A stretch of 55,514 nt of DNA, from IMG/VR virus record IMGVR_UViG_3300036781_000044, positions 1-55,514 of that record; one strand, written 5' to 3'. This DNA is from a virus. Lineage: Duplodnaviria; Caudoviricetes. Under the pieces are notes generated by a model. The model was not told the DNA's origin. It saw only the letters and a list, made by a program, of their open reading frames with translations, and did no database searches. How positions within the stretch are numbered: position 1 is the stretch's first letter; each line of letters starts with the position of its first letter. The translations under genes and the position numbers were made by a program. Of the stretch, positions 18,485-34,452 are shown one piece after another.

Positions 18485-19017
18485 CGCGATTCAAGGGCCC
18501 TGTTTTTCCGTCGTTTCGCAACGCGCGTCCGAGCGCGCCGAAGATACAGTATGCGTCGCATCAGAACATGCGACGTCAGATCCGTAATCTGAAACAGTGG
18601 GTCCGTCCAGTGCTTGACTCGACGGATGCTGACGTGTTGGCGGCAGGACGTCGCGTCATTGCAGCGTCGATGGAAGAACCGAACCCCGAATTTTCGGCGT
18701 TGCATTTGCTGTATAGCGGCATGCGCATGGCGTCTGACACGCGACAGTCATTCGCAGTGTGTATGAATCTCATCATGGACAAGTTTGACGCGAGGCGAAC
18801 AGATGGCGCCGAAGAAGATCCGCATTTCACCAAAAACGGGCAACAAACTGCCGGTGTTGCCGCACCAGAAGTTTCTGCAGAAAGCCCTACACGACTCGGC
18901 AGACTTCTTCGAGGCCTCTTTACGCGCACGCGTCTACAAAGAACTCAAGAAACTGCAAGCGAAGACGAGCATCAACAGTCTGACGCTCGCGTTGGCGAAT
19001 CACCGAAGCGTGCATGA
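18481..19017 (+). CDS. hypothetical protein (3' end overlaps next ORF)
   Basis: ATGA coupling at 18481. Confidence 0.4.
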   Translation: MTRFKGPVFPSFRNARPSAPKIQYASHQNMRRQIRNLKQWVRPVLDSTDADVLAAGRRVIAASMEEPNPEFSALHLLYSGMRMASDTRQSFAVCMNLIMDKFDARRTDGAEEDPHFTKNGQQTAGVAAPEVSAESPTRLGRLLRGLFTRTRLQRTQETASEDEHQQSDARVGESPKRA

Positions 19018-19141
19018 CGTGATCTCACGCAAGATGATCGAAGCCGCAGTGCGCACAGCGACAGAAAAAGTCGTGCGCGATGCGTTCTTGCGCGGCGGCA
19101 AGTTGGGCGCTGAGCATGTGAAGGATTTGCCGCGTGGCTAA
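18803..19141 (+). CDS. hypothetical protein, possibly the N-terminal part of the MuF module
   Basis: GAGG RBS; abuts MuF. Confidence 0.5.
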   Translation: MAPKKIRISPKTGNKLPVLPHQKFLQKALHDSADFFEASLRARVYKELKKLQAKTSINSLTLALANHRSVHDVISRKMIEAAVRTATEKVVRDAFLRGGKLGAEHVKDLPRG

Positions 19142-19703
19142 GCACATTACGTTTCGCTTCGATGACACGCTGCCAGCGGCAGAAAAAGCAGCTACGAACG
19201 TCGTTGAAAATCTGATCACCGAGATCAGCGACGAGACTGAGAAAAACATCCGTAACGTGGTCGCGACCGCGGTGCGCGAAGGCATCCCGGTCTATGACGC
19301 GGCGCGCACGATACGTCCGCTGATCGGATTGACGTCATCGCAGGGTCAAGCGGTGTTGAAATATCGCACCGAGCTTGTCGATAACGGCCTCACACTTGAA
19401 AAAGTCAATGACAAAGTAGACGCCTATAGTGACGAACTGTTACGCGGGCGTGCGGACTCGATTGCGCGCACTGAAATCCTTGACGCATTGCAAGCTGGGC
19501 AAGATGAAGCGTGGGCACAAGCGCAAGACGCTGGACTGCTCAGCGACAATGCGACAAAAGAAGTGATCTTGACTGACGATGCGTGCGAAGAGTGCGTGGG
19601 CATCGCAGAAGAGGGCCCCGTGCCGATCGATGATGACTTCAGTGAAGATGGGCCGCCCTTTCATCCGCAGTGTCGCTGCACAACGGCAATTTCGACGCCA
19701 TGA
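19134..19703 (+). CDS. head morphogenesis protein (MuF/SPP1 gp7-like)
   Basis: RA.SIARTE, C..C, PPFHPQCRC. Confidence 0.85.
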   Translation: MAKHITFRFDDTLPAAEKAATNVVENLITEISDETEKNIRNVVATAVREGIPVYDAARTIRPLIGLTSSQGQAVLKYRTELVDNGLTLEKVNDKVDAYSDELLRGRADSIARTEILDALQAGQDEAWAQAQDAGLLSDNATKEVILTDDACEECVGIAEEGPVPIDDDFSEDGPPFHPQCRCTTAISTP

Positions 19704-19891
19704 ACGACGAAAAAGTGAACGTCACATTGTCGTTTTGCGTTACGCCATCTGAAGCGCAAGCGATCTATCGACTTGCGCTGAGTCATCACGTCAGCACGTC
19801 GAAGTATCTACGCGCGATCGTGACGCGACGTGTTCTGTCCCGAACTCGGGAAGAATCTGTAGAAACACTGAAGAAATCCACTGACCTATAG
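19700..19891 (+). CDS. small ribbon-helix-helix-like protein
   Basis: Beta strand followed by A....VSTSKYLRAIV. Confidence 0.45.
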   Translation: MNDEKVNVTLSFCVTPSEAQAIYRLALSHHVSTSKYLRAIVTRRVLSRTREESVETLKKSTDL

Positions 19892-19941
19892 ACTGCTTGC
19901 GTCGAGAGCCGACGTCTTCTAGACTGACGCGCACACACGTT

Positions 19942-20751
19942 ATGCCCAGCATCATCCCAGTCATTGACAAGCTTGAAGACGTCGCAGAACCGCTGCGCGC
20001 GTTCTACGAACCGAAAGACGGCAAGTTCCAGATCACGCTGAGCGCAACGCCGCCGGGCTACGCGCTGGCGGCGGATCTTGCGACGGCCAATGGCAAAGTC
20101 GTCGAGTTTCGCAACACCAACATCGAACTCAAGAAGACGGTCGACGAACTGACGCCGCTGCGCGACAAGTTCAAGGACATCGATCCCGAGAAAGCCCGTG
20201 AGGCGCTGGCGCAAGTCGAGAAGCTGAACAAGAAAGGCGTCAAAGACGTGGACAACGATCTGCAGACGATGATCACAGCGGCGACCAAGCCGCTGATGGA
20301 CAAGATCGAGCAGATCACGGCGTCGAGCGCCGAAGAACGTAAGCGCGCCGACAATCTCACGCTGCGCAGCGTGATTCACGACAAGTTCATCAAGGCCGGC
20401 GGACACGCTGACGCCGTGGACTTCATCATGTCGCGCGTCGGCGGCACGTTCGTCGTCGAAAACGGACTCGTCAAAGCGGCGCCCAATCAGTTCAGTACCG
20501 ATCGTCCAACTGAAGCCCTCAGCGTCGATGAGTGGATGACACGTCAGACGAAAGAAGTCGGCTACGTGTTCAAGCCGTCGAATGGCGGCGGCGCATCGCC
20601 AGCGAATGGCAACGGCGCGCGACAAGTTCCAGCAGGCGTCACGGTGTTGAAAGACCCAACGGCGCAGCAACTTGGCGAAAACGCCAAGGGGATTCGGGAA
20701 GGCAAAGTCAAGCTCGAATATTCGAGCGACGCAAGTCAGCAGACGCACTAA
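19942..20751 (+). CDS. capsid scaffolding protein
   Basis: Position before the capsid gene; coiled-coil character; FK.S.GGGA motif near the C-terminus. Confidence 0.75.
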   Translation: MPSIIPVIDKLEDVAEPLRAFYEPKDGKFQITLSATPPGYALAADLATANGKVVEFRNTNIELKKTVDELTPLRDKFKDIDPEKAREALAQVEKLNKKGVKDVDNDLQTMITAATKPLMDKIEQITASSAEERKRADNLTLRSVIHDKFIKAGGHADAVDFIMSRVGGTFVVENGLVKAAPNQFSTDRPTEALSVDEWMTRQTKEVGYVFKPSNGGGASPANGNGARQVPAGVTVLKDPTAQQLGENAKGIREGKVKLEYSSDASQQTH

Positions 20752-20764
20752 TCGTCGAGACACA

Positions 20765-20921
20765 CGCGCTGAGACGTCGGGGGCGGCTCAGACTCGCGTA
20801 GGAGCGACGCAACGATAGAGACTCGACCCGCGGGGCGGCGTCGAGTCTGGTCCCGCCTCAGCGAGCGCAGGGCCCGACTTCGGGGAAGTCGCTTGGTCAC
20901 ACTTTTGTGATTTCCAAGGAG
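20765..20921 (+). promoter_or_regulatory. structured leader of the major capsid gene
   Basis: At least four hairpins; the last pairs into the AAGGAG RBS. Confidence 0.5.
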
Positions 20922-20930
20922 ACATCCACG

Positions 20931-22076
20931 ATGGCCGGAGCACTTGTTACCACGAGCATCATGGGCACGACAGTTGCGATGGGACTTGGCACCCTTCGCG
21001 AAGAACTGGCGCTCGCCCTCATCGCGAATCGCGACTACGAAGGCGAAATCACTGCCGCGAAGCGCAACGCGACTGTCAATATCACGGTACCCGCACCTGT
21101 CACGTCGCGTGACGTCACGCCGGACGTCGTGCCGCCCGCGGTCACTGCGGTCACGCCGACGGTGGTGCCGCTGACGCTTGATCAGTGGCGTGAAGCGCCG
21201 TTCGCGATGGACGACAAGGGCCTGGCCCAGGTCGATCGCGGCATTCTGCCAATGCAGGCTGACGAAGCGATCAAGAGCCTCGCGAACTACATCGAGGATT
21301 TCTTGTGGACGAAAGTCACCGCGAACTGCTACACACTCGTCGGCACGGGCGGCGTGACGCCGTTCGCCACCGATCTTGGCGTGTACCTCGACGCGCGTGG
21401 CGCCGCGAACCGCAATCTGATGGCGATGACGCCACGCTACGCAGTGCTCGATACGTTCGCTGAGGCGAACGCGTTGGGTCTCCGTGCGTTTCAGGACGCC
21501 AGCTTCGGCGGCGGCACTGACGTCATTATCAACGGCCAGATTGGCAAGAAGCTTGGCGCCCTCTGGCTCATGTCGCAGCGCGTGCCGGGTCACACGAACG
21601 GCACGTATACGACTGGCACGACCGTCACTGGCGTGAACGCGATCGGTGCGACGACACTTGCACTGAGTGGCGGCGCGACTGGGACGATTCTCGCCGGCGA
21701 TATCGTCAAGATCGGCAGCTACACTTACAACGTGCAGGCGAACGCGACGGGCGGCAGCACGCCGTCGAGCGTCACGATCTCGCCTGGACTGTTCGCTGCG
21801 ACCGCGGGCGGCGAAGCGATCGTCAAGCAGGGCGGGACGTCGTTCACCCAGAACCTGCTCATTCAGCGTGACGCGCTGGGTTTCGCGATGGCGCCGTTGC
21901 AGGATTCGATCATCATCCCGGGATCGGGTCTGCAGGCGATCGCCATCGACGAGAAGTCGGGTCTTGCGCTGCGCCTCGAAGTGACGCGCCAGCACAAGCA
22001 GAACCAGTGGTCTTACGATGCGCTGTTCGGCGGGAACAGCGTGCGTAAGGGCAGCATGGTCTACATGGCTGGCTAA
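20931..22076 (+). CDS. major capsid protein (P22 coat-like)
   Basis: NRDYEGE....ATVNI.VP, G.IGKKLG....MSQ, D.KSGLALRL...YDALFG; strong codon bias. Confidence 0.88.
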   Translation: MAGALVTTSIMGTTVAMGLGTLREELALALIANRDYEGEITAAKRNATVNITVPAPVTSRDVTPDVVPPAVTAVTPTVVPLTLDQWREAPFAMDDKGLAQVDRGILPMQADEAIKSLANYIEDFLWTKVTANCYTLVGTGGVTPFATDLGVYLDARGAANRNLMAMTPRYAVLDTFAEANALGLRAFQDASFGGGTDVIINGQIGKKLGALWLMSQRVPGHTNGTYTTGTTVTGVNAIGATTLALSGGATGTILAGDIVKIGSYTYNVQANATGGSTPSSVTISPGLFAATAGGEAIVKQGGTSFTQNLLIQRDALGFAMAPLQDSIIIPGSGLQAIAIDEKSGLALRLEVTRQHKQNQWSYDALFGGNSVRKGSMVYMAG

Positions 22077-22089
22077 GTGAACGTGGTTG

Positions 22090-22118
22090 GGGACGTCCCG
22101 CTGTGGGACGTCCCTCTT
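22090..22118 (+). terminator. hairpin after the capsid gene
   Basis: GGGACGTCCC-gctgt-GGGACGTCCC (self-complementary 10-mer) followed by TCTT. Confidence 0.5.
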
Positions 22119-22150
22119 CCGCTTCCTCATTTTCAAGGAGACACGTTCAC

Positions 22151-22687
22151 ATGGACAGCAAACTCTATCCCCAGGGGCGCGGCGGCGTAAAGACGCGCGA
22201 AGTCGGCAATACGCTGCAGTTCCTCGATGTCAACGGCGCAGTCATCTTTACAGTCAACGCCGATCTCGGGACAGTCGGCCCACTTGGCGGACTCTATGTC
22301 GCGCGAGCGACCTTCGACCCGAGTGGCGACGCGACGCAGCGCACAGTCGCAGCGCACACACTTGGTATCACGATCCCGAGTGGCGCGATTGTCGTCGGCG
22401 GCTTCATCGACGTCATCACGACATTCGCAGACGGCGCGTCTGACAACGCGACGATCGCGATCAAAGTCGAAGGCGCCAACGACGTCGTAACGGCTGTCGC
22501 CATCAGTGACGGCGCGAACCCGTGGGACGCGGGCAAGCACGCGATCATCCCGAAGGCGAACACGCCCGAGTCCACCGGCGTCAAAACCACCGCTGACCGC
22601 CTGGTCACTGCGACGGTCGCTGTTCACGCATTGACGGCAGGCAAGGCTTACATCTTCCTCTATTACGTGCAGAGTTCCGCGACGTAA
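22151..22687 (+). CDS. virion structural protein (decoration-like)
   Basis: AAGGAG RBS; beta-rich; follows the capsid gene. Confidence 0.6.
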   Translation: MDSKLYPQGRGGVKTREVGNTLQFLDVNGAVIFTVNADLGTVGPLGGLYVARATFDPSGDATQRTVAAHTLGITIPSGAIVVGGFIDVITTFADGASDNATIAIKVEGANDVVTAVAISDGANPWDAGKHAIIPKANTPESTGVKTTADRLVTATVAVHALTAGKAYIFLYYVQSSAT

Positions 22688-22698
22688 GAGAAAGTCTG

Positions 22699-23226
22699 AT
22701 GCCTGTCTCGACGCTGATTACCACCGCTGGGTCCGCAAACGCGAACGCGTATTGTGACGTCGCGTTTGCGGACCAGTACCAGCTTGATCGTCCAGCCGTC
22801 GGAACGACGTGGACACTCGCGAATCCAGATATGAAGAGTGCCGCGCTGTTGTGGGCGACGCGCTTGATGGATAGCTTGTGGAACTGGACCGGTTTCCCAA
22901 CAGATGCGCATCAAGCGTTGTTGTGGCCGCGTCAAGGCATGCTGAAGCGCAACGGCTGGGAATACGTGGATATGCACACGATCCCTGTCGAGCTTCAGAA
23001 CGCCACCGCGGAATATGCACGTCAGTTACTCGTCAGTGACTTGGCAGGCAATTCGCAGATTGAGACGCAAGGGATCACGTCACTGAAAGTGGGTCCTGTC
23101 GCGTTCACATTCAAAGAAGGTGTTACGGCGAAGCCAGTCCCTGACACCGTGTTCAATTTGATTCCGCCGTCGTGGGGATACCCGCGCAGTCGTAACAGCG
23201 GCGTCAGAGAATTGTTGAGGGCTTGA
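22699..23226 (+). CDS. head-tail adaptor (DnaT-like ssDNA-binding family)
   Basis: ANAY..VA.AD.Y, ALL.ATR..D, QAL.WPR, IP.EL..ATAE. Confidence 0.8.
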   Translation: MPVSTLITTAGSANANAYCDVAFADQYQLDRPAVGTTWTLANPDMKSAALLWATRLMDSLWNWTGFPTDAHQALLWPRQGMLKRNGWEYVDMHTIPVELQNATAEYARQLLVSDLAGNSQIETQGITSLKVGPVAFTFKEGVTAKPVPDTVFNLIPPSWGYPRSRNSGVRELLRA

Positions 23227-23227
23227 G

Positions 23228-23653
23228 ATGCGACGCAGTTCAATCGGACGACGCACGTCAGACGGGACGACCGCGGCCGCCGCGATCGAGATCATCTCTG
23301 CGGGCGTGTGCTTCGTCAGAGAACTTCAGATCAGTTTGGCCGCGGCGACTGCGACTACGCTTGGCGTCGGCCGTCCTGCCGCTGCAGGCATCACGCCGAC
23401 GTCGCCAGTGACGAGTTTGCTGGAGGGCGTAGCAACCGACGCGTCGAAGATCACGACGGCTGTAGCGTGGGGAACAGGACCCACAGTGCCCGCGTCGTTC
23501 TTTCGTCGCGTAGGGTTTCCAGCGACGATTGGCAGCCAGATTCTGTGGCAGTTCAAAGACGGGATCTATCTGTCGCCGGGACAGACACTCGTTGTCTGGA
23601 ATCTCGCGTCGAATGGCGTCATTGACGTCACGGTGGTCGTGGACGAGCAGTGA
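23228..23653 (+). CDS. hypothetical virion protein
   Basis: Position in the neck module. Confidence 0.55.
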   Translation: MRRSSIGRRTSDGTTAAAAIEIISAGVCFVRELQISLAAATATTLGVGRPAAAGITPTSPVTSLLEGVATDASKITTAVAWGTGPTVPASFFRRVGFPATIGSQILWQFKDGIYLSPGQTLVVWNLASNGVIDVTVVVDEQ

Positions 23654-24033
23654 CGCTGATCAGCGATCTCGTCGGCGTCGCGAATGACTTGACGCAGCAA
23701 TTTGGACTGCAGGCCAATGTCATTTATCACAAATTCGTATCCGCTGACGGCGCCGGCAAGAGATATTACGCGACAGGCGTGAATCGTACCGCCGTCGTAA
23801 CGCGCAGACAGCGGCAAGTGCGCACGTTTTCAGGAGAACTCGGCGTCAGCACAGCGCAAGTCGTATTTATCGACCCGACGCCAGTCAGTGAGTTTGACAA
23901 GATCGTATTGCCGAATGCGGGCACGATTGACACGAGTGACGATGCGAGAGACGCCGCACAGCCAATCATCGGAACCGATGGCTACGTTGATGCGACGAAC
24001 TCGCCAGTAGTGACTGAGATTTATCTAGGTTGA
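23650..24033 (+). CDS. head closure protein (putative)
   Basis: Position and size. Confidence 0.55.
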   Translation: MTLISDLVGVANDLTQQFGLQANVIYHKFVSADGAGKRYYATGVNRTAVVTRRQRQVRTFSGELGVSTAQVVFIDPTPVSEFDKIVLPNAGTIDTSDDARDAAQPIIGTDGYVDATNSPVVTEIYLG

Positions 24034-24037
24034 AATC

Positions 24038-24424
24038 ATGGCGACACCTTCAGTTTTTCACGGTTGTGACGCAGCGTTGCGTGACGTGCGGAAGCTGATC
24101 AAGCTGGCGCCCGATGAGTTTGCACGTGCGCTGTATCAAGAAGCGCAAATCGAACTGAAAGAGATCAAGCAGCGCACTCCGGTTGATACAGGCGCGCTGC
24201 GCGCGAGTGAAGGGATTACGCAGCCTCAACGTGAAGGACGTCGCATTTGGGTCGAAGTCTACGCCGGCGGCCCGTCTGCGCCCTATGCGTTTTGGGTGCA
24301 TTACGACTTGGAAGCGTTCCACAAATATGGCGAAGCGTTGTTCATTGAACGACCACTCGCAGAAAGCGCGCCGTTTTTGTCGGATCGCATCGCAAAGCGC
24401 ATCGATCTGAATCGAGCCGCATGA
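24038..24424 (+). CDS. HK97 gp10-like neck protein
   Basis: TPVDTGALRAS, APYA.WVH, FIERP. Confidence 0.8.
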   Translation: MATPSVFHGCDAALRDVRKLIKLAPDEFARALYQEAQIELKEIKQRTPVDTGALRASEGITQPQREGRRIWVEVYAGGPSAPYAFWVHYDLEAFHKYGEALFIERPLAESAPFLSDRIAKRIDLNRAA

Positions 24425-24425
24425 C

Positions 24426-24854
24426 GTGCCGTCGAGCTTTGTTCCTGATCTCGTGTTTTTTCTTGAGCAAGCGCCGCTCGGGCTTACATATGGCGTCAAC
24501 GTGTTCAAAGGGCCAAAAGCGAAGATTCCTGACGGCAACGGTCCATACGTTTCGATCATTCGTGCGACAGGACTGGGCAGCGAAGGCACGCACAATTCAG
24601 TCAATGTGCCGGCGTATGAGCAGCCAGGCGCGCAAATACTCGTGCGTGCGACAGATTACGACGTCGCTGAGCGGATGGCGCAATCGCTTTACGACTTGCT
24701 GTGGCCTGTGCAAAACCAGTTCATCAATGGCACGTGGTGGCGCATGTTGAACTGTAAGGGCGAGATTTACGATCTGCCACCGGATGAGAAGCAACGTGCG
24801 CGTGTCGCGTTCAACATTGGTTGTGTGAAGCGCACTTCACCAGCCACGAGCTAA
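24426..24854 (+). CDS. tail terminator / minor capsid protein
   Basis: E.P..QILVRA.DY..A; position. Confidence 0.7.
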   Translation: MPSSFVPDLVFFLEQAPLGLTYGVNVFKGPKAKIPDGNGPYVSIIRATGLGSEGTHNSVNVPAYEQPGAQILVRATDYDVAERMAQSLYDLLWPVQNQFINGTWWRMLNCKGEIYDLPPDEKQRARVAFNIGCVKRTSPATS

Positions 24855-24868
24855 GGAGACTCACAACG

Positions 24869-25408
24869 ATGGCCTCTTCACTTGCGACACAGATCACGCT
24901 GATGTTGAACTCCGTGCTAAACAACACGATCGGTGTTGCAGCCGGCGTCGCGACAGTCAATCAGAGTTTCACGATCCCGTGGATCAACGGCGTCGCCGCC
25001 GATCAGGCCGACAAGATTTACAGTGCGACGATCACGCGCACGCATGGCGCGCCTGCCGCGGATCTCGATCTCGCAGGCACGCTGACCGACGCGTTCGGCG
25101 CCACGATCACGATGGCGCGCCTGAAAGCTCTGCTCATCGTCGCAGATCCGGCGAACGTCAATTCCGTCGTCGTCGGCGGTGGTGCAACGACGCCGATCAC
25201 GTCGTTGTTTTTCGACTACGTGGCCACTGCTGACGCGCAGCCGGCGATCAAAGTCGCGCCTGGTGGCATTCTGTTTTTGACGGCGCCGAAAGCGACGGCG
25301 TATGTCGTCACCGCGACGACGGCTGACAAGCTTCAGATTGCGAGCGGCGACGAAGACTCGACGACGAGCGTCACCGCAACGGTGGTCGCCATCGGTGCCA
25401 GCACGTAA
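24869..25408 (+). CDS. hypothetical virion structural protein
   Basis: AAGGAG RBS; Ala/Thr-rich beta protein. Confidence 0.6.
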   Translation: MASSLATQITLMLNSVLNNTIGVAAGVATVNQSFTIPWINGVAADQADKIYSATITRTHGAPAADLDLAGTLTDAFGATITMARLKALLIVADPANVNSVVVGGGATTPITSLFFDYVATADAQPAIKVAPGGILFLTAPKATAYVVTATTADKLQIASGDEDSTTSVTATVVAIGAST

Positions 25409-25468
25409 TCGCTGGCACCGTCTCTAGCCACTGCGCGTATCGAGTTCACCTTTTGAGGAGATGCGACG

Positions 25469-25888
25469 ATGAGCAACGCTGTAGCCACCACAGGGATCCT
25501 GATCAAGCGGGCCCTGTTCGCCACGCCGATGGTCTTGACGACCATCGCGGAGATCACCGACGTCGGTCCGGGCGGCAAGAGCCGCAACAAGATCGAGACT
25601 TCGACGCACAACGACGGATCCGAGAGTCACATTCTCGGTATCCTGCGTCAGAAGGATCCGACGTTCAAGATCAACTATCTCGGCGGTGACGCAACGCACA
25701 TTGCGATCAACGACGATATCGACAACAACGTCAAGAACTTCTGGCACGTGCTGTTCCCGTCTGGCCGGTACCGGCAGGGTTACGGGTTCGTGCAGAACTT
25801 CGAGCTTGACGACGCGCCGGTTGACGGCAAACAGGGTGCGACGATCACGCTGACGTGGGCGAGCGTCGTGACCGAGGGCAACGTCTAA
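25469..25888 (+). CDS. major tail tube protein
   Basis: IAEIT....G..R..IE.STH; GAGGAG RBS; precedes the chaperones. Confidence 0.8.
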   Translation: MSNAVATTGILIKRALFATPMVLTTIAEITDVGPGGKSRNKIETSTHNDGSESHILGILRQKDPTFKINYLGGDATHIAINDDIDNNVKNFWHVLFPSGRYRQGYGFVQNFELDDAPVDGKQGATITLTWASVVTEGNV

Positions 25889-25923
25889 GTTTCAACAACG
25901 TCCATCAGAAGGAGTAGAGCGTA

Positions 25924-26271
25924 ATGACCCAGACATTACTCTCTGCGGATCAGATTTTCGCCGCAGAGGATCTTTCAGAAGAGACCGTCGAAGTTCCAGA
26001 ATGGGGCGGCGCCGTCCGCCTCGTCCAGATGACGGCTGCTGAGTCGCAGTCGTTCTCCAAGCACATGATGTCTGTCCAGCACACGGACGACGGCATGTTC
26101 TTGATGCTCGTTTACTCGGCGCGTAACGCCGAGCGTGAGCGCATCTTCACTGTCGAAGACATCAACAAACTACGTCTCAAGTCTGTCAACGTGCTTGCGC
26201 GTTTGCAGAGCGTCGCCCTGCGTCTGAACAACATGGGCAAAGAAGGAATGGAGGCCCTAAAAAAGGCCTAG
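25924..26271 (+). CDS. tail assembly chaperone
   Basis: EVPEWGG.V; ends in a slippery site. Confidence 0.8.
   Translation: MTQTLLSADQIFAAEDLSEETVEVPEWGGAVRLVQMTAAESQSFSKHMMSVQHTDDGMFLMLVYSARNAERERIFTVEDINKLRLKSVNVLARLQSVALRLNNMGKEGMEALKKA
26259..26265 (+). other. programmed -1 frameshift site (A AAA AAG)
   Basis: X XXY YYZ heptamer in the correct frame; the downstream ORF is in the -1 frame (lambda G/GT-like). Confidence 0.85.
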
Positions 26272-26639
26272 TGCGAGGCGGTGACCGCCGCTTCGCATAT
26301 CGCCTTGCGCGTCAGCTTGGGTATATCGACGTTGATGCGGCCGTTGCGTCGATTGGCGGATACCTAGGGTGGCGCTTCGCAGAGTGGAAAGCGTTCTACG
26401 AACTTGAGCCGGAGCCTGAGATCCGGAACGACTTTGGGCTGGCGCGCGTCATTCAAGTGTTGTTGCGCTCAGACAAGCCGTTATCAGATTTCATGTTGCC
26501 TTTTGGCGACTACGGTAGCGATCGATTCGTGCAACGACAGGTACGCACGCCAGAAGAACATGCGAAGTACCTTGAGCGCCGTATAGAAATGTGGATTTCC
26601 GGTAGCAACGCCGCATTCCGAGAAAAGGGACATGTCTGA
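26271..26639 (+). CDS. tail assembly chaperone, frameshift extension
   Basis: F.EW.AFY.LEP; lies between chaperone and tape measure. Confidence 0.75.
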   Translation: MRGGDRRFAYRLARQLGYIDVDAAVASIGGYLGWRFAEWKAFYELEPEPEIRNDFGLARVIQVLLRSDKPLSDFMLPFGDYGSDRFVQRQVRTPEEHAKYLERRIEMWISGSNAAFREKGHV

Positions 26640-28901
26640 CATCGCCCCAATCAAAGGACTCATCGAACTCCAAGACGACTTCACCAGTCGTCTTGGACTC
26701 GCTGAGGCGGCGCTAGGCAATTTCACTAAACAGAATCAAGAAAGTCTGAAGGCCGTCGCTGGCGTCGCAGGACTCGTCACTGCAGCGTTTGGCGCGACTG
26801 CGGCTGCAGTCATTGAGCTTGGTAAACGTGGCGCTGACGTCAACGACGTGCGTGACACGGTTGAGCACTTTGCAGGCAGCGCGCACGCTGCCGCAGCCGA
26901 TATCGAGGCGCTGCGTCAAGGTACGAAAAATACCGTAGACGATTTCATTCTCGCGAAAGATGCCGCCCACCTGCTGTCTGCGGGTATCCAACTGACTGCA
27001 GATGATTTCGGTGTGCTTGGGCAAGCCGCGTTCGTATTGCAGAATCGTGGATTGGGCGGGACAAAAGAACAGTTGGATCTTGTCTCCGAAGCGATGGTGA
27101 CCGGTCGCACCCGTGCGCTGTCAATGGCACTCGGCGTCGTCGATGTCACTGACGCGCAGGGCGATTTCGCGAAGAGTATCGGGCTCACGAAAGATCAGTT
27201 GAACGAAGCCGGCAAAGCGGAAGCGAACCGCATTGCCGTCATGAAGATCCTGCAATCGGCGGTGAAAGACGCCGGGCAGCAAGAACGCGATTTTGGTGAA
27301 GAGTTTGAAGCGGGACAAGCGGCGATCACGAATTGGTTTGACGAGCTTGGCAGCCAGATCGCTAAGTCTGAGACGTTCAAAGTCGGTTTCAAAGCGATCG
27401 AAGATGCCGTCAGTAGCGCGTTTAGCAACGACAAGGGCCAGTCGATCAAGACCGTCACGAGCTTTATCGAGCAGGGCGCTATCGCGGTAATTGGCTTCGG
27501 TCAAGTCGCGATTACGATGGCGAAGGGTTTTGAAAGCGCGTGGTACGTCGTCAAAACGATTGTGCTGGGCGTCGAAGGCGCGATCGTCGCAGCCGCTGAG
27601 CTTGTCATCGGCTACGTCGATGACGTCGCACGTAGCGCCGCGTCGCTGCACGTCATTTCGCAGAGTACCGCGGAGTCCGTTGATTCGCTCAAAGCGAACA
27701 TCACCGGCATGCGTCAGTCGTTTGACGATCAGATCACTGAGGCGGCAAAAGCTGTCGTCGGGCATACCGCACTCGACGATACGTTTGATAAGCTGAGTGA
27801 CACGCTTGGCAAAGTCAAAGCCGCGATGATCACGACGCATGATCAGACGCAGAAAAATACAGACGCGACCGACAAAGCGACTGATTCAAACAAGAAGCTT
27901 GGTCAGTCAAGTGAGGATCTACAGAAAAAATTTGGTGATCAGGACAAGATCCAGAAAGAGCTTGAAAAGAGCACGCGTGAACTCGCGAAGATTTGGGACG
28001 ATTATTACGCCGAAGTCGCGAAGAACTCCGGCACGACGGCAGATGAGCAGCAAGCGGACATCGAAGCGACGTTCCGAAAGAACGTCGATACGCTTGACAA
28101 GCTTGATCCGCTCTACGCGCAGAAGTATGCCGCGTATCGTGCGATTGCTGACGAGTCGTTGAAGGGGATTGCCTCCGACTGGAACAGCGTGCGTGATACG
28201 TCGCTTGAAGCCCTGCAGCAACAAGCCGACAAAGCGAAGAACACATACGATCAGATGCTCGACTCTGGGCTGACGTTCAGTCGTGACGTGCTCGACGCGC
28301 AGCGACAGAAGTGGCTTGATCTAGAAGACGCCGTGCGTAATTACGGCGATACTGCTATCTCGTCTGTCGGTAACGTCGTCAACGAAATGGACGAACTGAT
28401 CAAGCAGATGGACGCTGCGTATGAAGCGTCAAAGAAGCTGACGTCTGCAGGTCAATTCGACGTGACGAAAGACAATTTCGCGAAGACGATCCACGACATC
28501 ATCACTGATTACGGCTATAACCCGACAGGCATCGGCTCAAAGATCGATCCGAATTTTGCCGGCGAACTAGCGAAGCAAGGGTATTCACTGCAAGAAATTC
28601 TGAACTATTTCAACACAGGCACACTGTCACCGACGCCTGCGGGTCCACGGATTCCTGGCTTTGCTGAAGGCGGCATCGTCATGGTGGGCGAGCGCGGCCC
28701 TGAAGCTGTGCGATTACCGTCTGGCAGTCAAGTTTACCCGACAGGGACAGGTCCTGGCGGAACGTCGATCAGCATCGCGCCAGGCGCGATCCAGATCAAC
28801 TACCCGATGATGAACGACCCACGCGCGAAAGACAATCTGGCGCGTCTCGTCGGTGATGCGATCATGGAACGCGCACGCGCGCAAGGGAAGCGTTTCGACT
28901 G

Positions 28902-28902
<1 letters not shown>
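26632..28902 (+). CDS. tape measure protein
   Basis: 756 aa, helical and Ala-rich; C-terminal [13 protein letters not shown]. Confidence 0.88.
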
Positions 28903-34451
<5,549 letters not shown>

Positions 34452-34452
34452 C

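Noticed and set aside
19786-22136. Long antisense ORFs (325 and 462 aa) opposite scaffold and capsid
   Set aside because: Shadow frames expected from strong high-GC codon bias; the same applies to most nested ORFs in the track
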